Positions 60,568-64,000 of a stretch of 64,000 nucleotides of DNA are shown here, piece after piece (position 1 is the stretch's first letter; each line of letters starts with the position of its first letter). Location of the stretch: the IMG/VR virus record IMGVR_UViG_3300046714_000360, positions 1 through 64,000 of that record; one strand, given 5' to 3'. Made by a program: the position numbers and the translations under genes. This stretch comes from a virus. The notes under the pieces are model-generated. The model was not told where the DNA came from and did no database searches. It saw only the letters and a list, made by a program, of their open reading frames with translations.

Positions 60568-60728
60568 TGTCTGATGATGATTTACTTGAACTTCAATTTA
60601 TGTTGTTTAAACATTTAGTGTTCGTGCATCGTCAGTCAGGTGATGTTGCAGGACCATTTAGCAAACAAGCAGATGCACAAACGAAATGTCCCCACTGCGA
60701 GTTGACTGTAATGCAGCTAACGCACTAA
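60567..60728 (+). CDS. hypothetical protein, 53 aa
   Basis: TAATG overlap; internal start of track ORF 60420-60728. Confidence 0.45.
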   Translation: MSDDDLLELQFMLFKHLVFVHRQSGDVAGPFSKQADAQTKCPHCELTVMQLTH

Positions 60729-60744
60729 CGCTCAGAAGGAACTC

Positions 60745-61647
60745 ATGAATCAAAAACCGTTATTCGCTCAGAACCAAGTGAGGTTAAGACGTGGCATTAC
60801 GAATACACCCATCCATTATAAGGTGCTGTCAGTTAATATGCTCCCCAAGCACCTTAAGGTTGAGCTTGGTGCCACGCTCATGAAGATCAGTACAGGTACA
60901 GAAGCCAAAGCACTTGCAGGACAACCGCCGGGTTGGGGCTATGAGGTACTTGATACCTTAGGCCGCATCGGTGTCTTGCGTATGCGTGGTGTTGACGTTG
61001 CTTTATTTTTCAAGCGTCAATGTCAAGAGGTAGCTGTTGAAGAATGTGATCCTGTTCCCGAAGGTGAGATACAAGACCCTATTGATGTTTGGGTTCGCCT
61101 AGACCTCATGGGTCAGTCAGCTCGCCAAGTCAATCAACGCATCAAGCAGCAGATCAACATCATGTCTGCAGACAATCAATTGAACAATACCCAGCTAGCT
61201 GCCAAAGAACAAATCATCACAGCACACGAAGCAGACATCAAGCGCCTTAAGAATCAGGTACAGGCGCTTGAGGATGAAGCAACGCGCAAGCGCACCGAGC
61301 CTGGTAAGCATCGTGAGATGGGTCAGCGTGATGTGATGGAAGGGTTTCTTGAGCTGCTAGCATCTATTCAGATGGGCGCAGACGATCCGCTCGTTAAAGA
61401 GCCGAAGCTATTTAAGATGCTCGACTCAATGGGCAAGAAAGTGATCGAGCAGTACCAAGGTGAAGTTGTTGCTCCTCATAAAGGCGAGGACTTTGATCCC
61501 AACGTTCATGAAGCTATTGCTCCAGATCCGTTCTACTCTGACGGTAAGATATCAGCTATCGGAGCTGTCGGTATCAAAATGCATGGCGTGCTCGTGCGCC
61601 CTGCTCGGGTAATAGTTGGCACCAGGAAAGACGAGGAGGCCAAGTGA
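60745..61647 (+). CDS. protein with GrpE-like C-terminal domain, 300 aa
   Basis: Coiled-coil region then GEDFDPNVHEAIAPDP..GAVGIKMHGVLVRPARVIVG, which parallels the GrpE C-terminus. Confidence 0.65.
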   Translation: MNQKPLFAQNQVRLRRGITNTPIHYKVLSVNMLPKHLKVELGATLMKISTGTEAKALAGQPPGWGYEVLDTLGRIGVLRMRGVDVALFFKRQCQEVAVEECDPVPEGEIQDPIDVWVRLDLMGQSARQVNQRIKQQINIMSADNQLNNTQLAAKEQIITAHEADIKRLKNQVQALEDEATRKRTEPGKHREMGQRDVMEGFLELLASIQMGADDPLVKEPKLFKMLDSMGKKVIEQYQGEVVAPHKGEDFDPNVHEAIAPDPFYSDGKISAIGAVGIKMHGVLVRPARVIVGTRKDEEAK

Positions 61648-61853
61648 ACAGACAACTTGCCAGTATTTACAAGACGCCTAGTCGGGTGAAGGACTTCAAG
61701 GTCGGTTTTAAGTATGCTATGAAGTGTGCAGCCGAGTTCATTAACACATGGGACGGACAGACATCGCGTTATCGTTTAGGTGATGTGCTGCTTTGTAAGT
61801 TCAACATGAGGAAAACGCCGCCTCGACGTTCTAGGAAGAAGGTGGTCAAGTGA
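61644..61853 (+). CDS. hypothetical protein, 69 aa (GTG start)
   Basis: GAGGAGG SD; GTGA overlap. Confidence 0.5.
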   Translation: MNRQLASIYKTPSRVKDFKVGFKYAMKCAAEFINTWDGQTSRYRLGDVLLCKFNMRKTPPRRSRKKVVK

Positions 61854-61946
61854 GCCCTCAAGAAATTGAGAAGTGGCTAGCCTACTATCGTGAGGCTGTA
61901 GAGCGAGACTTTGCACAGATGATTTACAAGCAATGCGCCAAAGAGG

Positions 61947-62327
61947 ATGCAGATGAAGCAGAAGCAGAAGGCTCTTAACAAACGAGGACCTGCAGTGTAC
62001 GCAAACACAGTTCGGGTGATGGATAAAGATATTGCACGCCTGTCACCCGATCTTGTGATCGCCAACAGTTTTACAACAGGCATCGACACGAGAGGACCAG
62101 AAATTATTTTGATCCCTGCACAAGGAAGAACAGGCAACCTGAAGGTGTGGTTCAGTTCTCCGCGTTCCAAGAGCGGGCTGATCTCACTGACAGGTGCCTT
62201 TTCATATCTTGCCATCCCTAAGCATAAGCGCAAAGGGACGTACAAGGCGCACGTGCTCAAGTCAGGTGACAAAGCCTGTGTAGTGATCGAGCTCTGGCAT
62301 CGTAAACGCAGTCGCGTTCCTGTATAA
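61947..62327 (+). CDS. hypothetical basic protein, 126 aa
   Basis: ORF track; preferred over the antisense ORF 61877-62335; a 42-codon GTG ORF 61851-61979 may precede it. Confidence 0.5.
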   Translation: MQMKQKQKALNKRGPAVYANTVRVMDKDIARLSPDLVIANSFTTGIDTRGPEIILIPAQGRTGNLKVWFSSPRSKSGLISLTGAFSYLAIPKHKRKGTYKAHVLKSGDKACVVIELWHRKRSRVPV

Positions 62328-62385
62328 TTATTCAATCAAGTTTCCTCTAAAATGATGCATGCTGGAAGAAAGGAAGGAGGCTACC

Positions 62386-62466
62386 ATGGCAAGGCAGGCG
62401 CACGCTGTATTTCTCATAGCGTCTGACCTTCTACTGATCATATCTTCCCGTTACCGAGGGAAATAG
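62386..62466 (+). CDS. 26-aa hydrophobic micro-ORF candidate
   Basis: AAGGAGG 6 nt upstream of ATG62386; MARQAHAVFLIASDLLLIISSRYRGK. Confidence 0.25.
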   Translation: MARQAHAVFLIASDLLLIISSRYRGK

Positions 62467-62469
62467 TTA

Positions 62470-62498
62470 GGAGAGCGCTACAGCCGGTAGCGCTCTCC
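62470..62498. other. 12-bp perfect GC-rich hairpin without a T tract
   Basis: GGAGAGCGCTAC-AGCCG-GTAGCGCTCTCC, 11 nt upstream of the copy D -35 box. Confidence 0.6.
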
Positions 62499-62509
62499 AA
62501 CACTCTAGG

Positions 62510-62579
62510 TTGACAGCGTCACTCGCCGTCTTTATACTCTGTCTTGGGTAGGAGGACTGCCCACTAACTTTGTACCAAG
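62510..62579 (+). promoter_or_regulatory. conserved promoter-leader cassette, diverged copy D
   Basis: TTGACA 62510-15, 17-nt spacer, TATACT 62533-38, CTGTCTTGGGTAGGAGGACTGC; 7-bp bulged stem 62543-50/62573-79 next to the SD. Confidence 0.5.
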
Positions 62580-62590
62580 AAAGGAACACC

Positions 62591-62977
62591 ATGTCAGACA
62601 AGAAGAAGGACAAAAAGAAAGGCAAGAAGAAAAGGAATCGCGCTCAGGAAAAGTACAACAGCAAGATGCAGAAGTTCCACAAGAAGCACTACACACTGAT
62701 GGTGCAACATGTTGCTGCCCTTTCAGCCCACGCAGAACGCACAGTCGATTGGCTCTCACATGTTGAGGATCAAGTCCCAGAAGGGCCTACTGAGTTGTCT
62801 GAGATTCCGCAAGCGTTCGATCAGCTCAGTTCATTGGTGGCTTCCGCCAGTCAGACGCTGCAGGTTTGTACAGAAATTGTCGCCAGTTATTCCGAAGCAA
62901 ACAAGGTGGCCGACAAGGTCCACGACAAGGCGTTCGAAAAAGGCTCAAAACCTTTCACCAAAGGTTATCCAAAGTAA
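62591..62977 (+). CDS. hypothetical protein with poly-Lys N-terminus, 128 aa
   Basis: AAAGGAA SD before ATG62591; MSDKKKDKKKGKKKRNR. Confidence 0.6.
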   Translation: MSDKKKDKKKGKKKRNRAQEKYNSKMQKFHKKHYTLMVQHVAALSAHAERTVDWLSHVEDQVPEGPTELSEIPQAFDQLSSLVASASQTLQVCTEIVASYSEANKVADKVHDKAFEKGSKPFTKGYPK

Positions 62978-63003
62978 CCTGTTGCTGCAGCAGCCTAACA
63001 TCC

Positions 63004-63043
63004 AACGGGGGCGCCCGCATTTCCTCCTGCGCCCCGTTTCTTC
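63004..63043 (+). terminator. intrinsic terminator
   Basis: ~10-bp GC stem AACGGGG(G)CGC/GCGCCCCGTT with one bulged G, then TTTCTTCG. Confidence 0.6.
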
Positions 63044-63115
63044 GAGTTCCGAGTACCTGTAGTTCCAGCAGCCTCCCAAGTACCTTTCGCCTTTTATTCG
63101 CCCTTCCGATTTCTC

Positions 63116-63196
63116 TTGACTCACTCGTGCGAAAAACCTATACTATTCATGGGTAGAGGGACTGCTTAAAACAAGGGCAGTCCCTTATTTCACGTT
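63116..63196 (+). promoter_or_regulatory. conserved promoter-leader cassette, copy C
   Basis: TTGACT 63116-21, 17-nt spacer, TATACT 63139-44, ATTCATGGGTAGAGGGACTG; hairpin GGGACTGC/GCAGTCCC 63158-63184, then TTATTTCACGTT. Confidence 0.6.
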
Positions 63197-63207
63197 TGGA
63201 GGATGCT

Positions 63208-63378
63208 ATGTACAAGCAGGGTGATAAGGTCGAGTTTATAAGCGACAGGCCATCAGTCGCTTATTTGAAAGGCAAGCAAGGAGTTGTTTGCGCTGTTGTT
63301 GACTCTAAGAACATAGCCGTGCGGCTTACAGGTAAAACAGGTACTATCGTGCGTGCTGTAGATATCAAAAAAGTTTAG
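63208..63378 (+). CDS. KOW-like small protein, 56 aa
   Basis: GGAGGA SD before ATG63208; YKQGDKVEF..GKQGVVCAVV. Confidence 0.5.
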   Translation: MYKQGDKVEFISDRPSVAYLKGKQGVVCAVVDSKNIAVRLTGKTGTIVRAVDIKKV

Positions 63379-63430
63379 TCGAAAAAACAAACGCGCTGTG
63401 TCGCGTATCTCCTATATGAGGTAATGGCAA

Positions 63431-64000
63431 ATGAAATCGAAGAAAGCAAAAGCTCAGAAGTCCACGAAGAAAACTTCCACCAAGAAAGCAACCAAGGCTG
63501 CCCCCAAGTATGCCGTAGTCAAAACTCCAACAGGTACTGTATTGAATGCGTTGTCCATCGGTACCGCAAACGGCAAGCCGGTGGTATTCGATCTCGACAA
63601 ACTGCGAACCAGCCACCTTATGGTTACCGGTGCATCAGGCTCCGGCAAGTCGTACACGAACCGCGTCATCGCCGAGCAGCTGTACGGGATCATTCCCTTA
63701 TTCATTTTCGACCCTGAGGAAGAATACCTCACGCTGAAAGAGAAATTCAATTTCGTTGTCATCGGTGGAGAGGGAGCCGATGCTCCTATTCATCCACAGA
63801 CAGCCGAGATTACAATCAAGCGGCTGATGGCAGCCAACATGTCAGCTATCTTCAATCTTTACAGCCTGTCGGTTGAAGATCAGTACTTGTGGGTCGAGAC
63901 TGCTATCCACACGTTAATGAATCTGCCCCGCGATGAATGGCATCCAGTTGCAGTGCTCGTTGATGAAGCCCATCTGTGGTGCCCAGAGAAAGGTGAGGGC
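63431..64000 (+). CDS. HerA/FtsK-type P-loop ATPase, 5' partial (runs off window end)
   Basis: Hand-read frame from ATG63431 with no stop to 64000; Lys-rich N-terminus, MVTGASGSGKS (Walker A), VAVLVDEAHLW (Walker B); GAGG SD. Confidence 0.7.
   Translation, partial: MKSKKAKAQKSTKKTSTKKATKAAPKYAVVKTPTGTVLNALSIGTANGKPVVFDLDKLRTSHLMVTGASGSGKSYTNRVIAEQLYGIIPLFIFDPEEEYLTLKEKFNFVVIGGEGADAPIHPQTAEITIKRLMAANMSAIFNLYSLSVEDQYLWVETAIHTLMNLPRDEWHPVAVLVDEAHLWCPEKGEG

Noticed and set aside
718-63762. All minus-strand ORFs in the six-frame track, for example 11940-12410, 13458-13928, 14538-15050, 16302-16775, 38608-39054, 41509-42033 and 61877-62335
   Set aside because: Each lies antisense to a + strand ORF that has an SD site, start/stop coupling or recognisable motifs. 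Their translations are low-complexity or Cys/Arg/Leu-rich shadows with no recognisable motifs, and I checked no start context supporting them. The window is consistent with fully unidirectional transcription.
1-64000. A CRISPR array, rRNA, integrase or att site, or a prophage boundary at the tRNA cluster
   Set aside because: I saw no regularly spaced direct repeats, no rRNA-like sequence, no tyrosine or serine recombinase motifs, and no duplicated tRNA 3' end. Phage-type genes continue on both sides of the tRNAs.

Overview
All convincing genes in this window lie on the + strand. They are tightly packed, with many ATGA/GTGA stop-start overlaps and AGGAG-type Shine-Dalgarno sites 5-12 nt upstream of most starts. 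The content looks like a large tailed dsDNA phage or prophage segment; I cannot name the host or taxon. I saw no rRNA, CRISPR array, integrase or reverse transcriptase.

Layout:
- 0-7.7 kb: small ORFs plus a radical SAM/SPASM enzyme.
- 7.9-23.5 kb: a virion-like block ending in two fibre genes, one a 962-aa beta-helix fibre.
- 23.5-30.2 kb: a sugar biosynthesis and transfer island (GDP-mannose 4,6-dehydratase, sugar C-methyltransferase, SAM methyltransferase, GT4-like and GT9-like transferases, FliB/YkgJ-like Cys protein).
- 30.4-33.2 kb: proteins sharing a GGPGSG motif.
- 33.2-36.4 kb: a free-standing NUMOD3/Vsr-like endonuclease, a GT2, tRNA-Arg(ACG), an atypical tRNA(CAU), structured non-coding RNA candidates, and membrane or lipoprotein genes.
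- 37.2-44.6 kb: one coupled operon with an Hjc-like nuclease, QueD, glycosyltransferase-like genes, QueE and a GroES-like protein, followed directly by the large terminase.
- 44.6-64 kb: early-like small genes with DNA ligase, a VWA protein, DnaJ-zinc-finger-like and GrpE-like proteins, another GT9-like gene, and a truncated HerA/FtsK-like ATPase.

Most notable observations:
- queD and queE are interleaved with glycosyltransferase-like genes.
- A branched-sugar island lies next to the fibre genes.
- A promoter plus conserved transcribed leader and hairpin cassette occurs four times.
- A GGPGSG(C..CGRP) motif is shared by four proteins.
- Long-range perfect inverted repeats bracket or precede genes.
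- An in-frame TGA interrupts a KOW-like gene.
- A tRNA-derived structured RNA lies beside the tRNAs.

All domain calls come from motif recognition by eye and memory. No database search was run, and most ORFs remain hypothetical.
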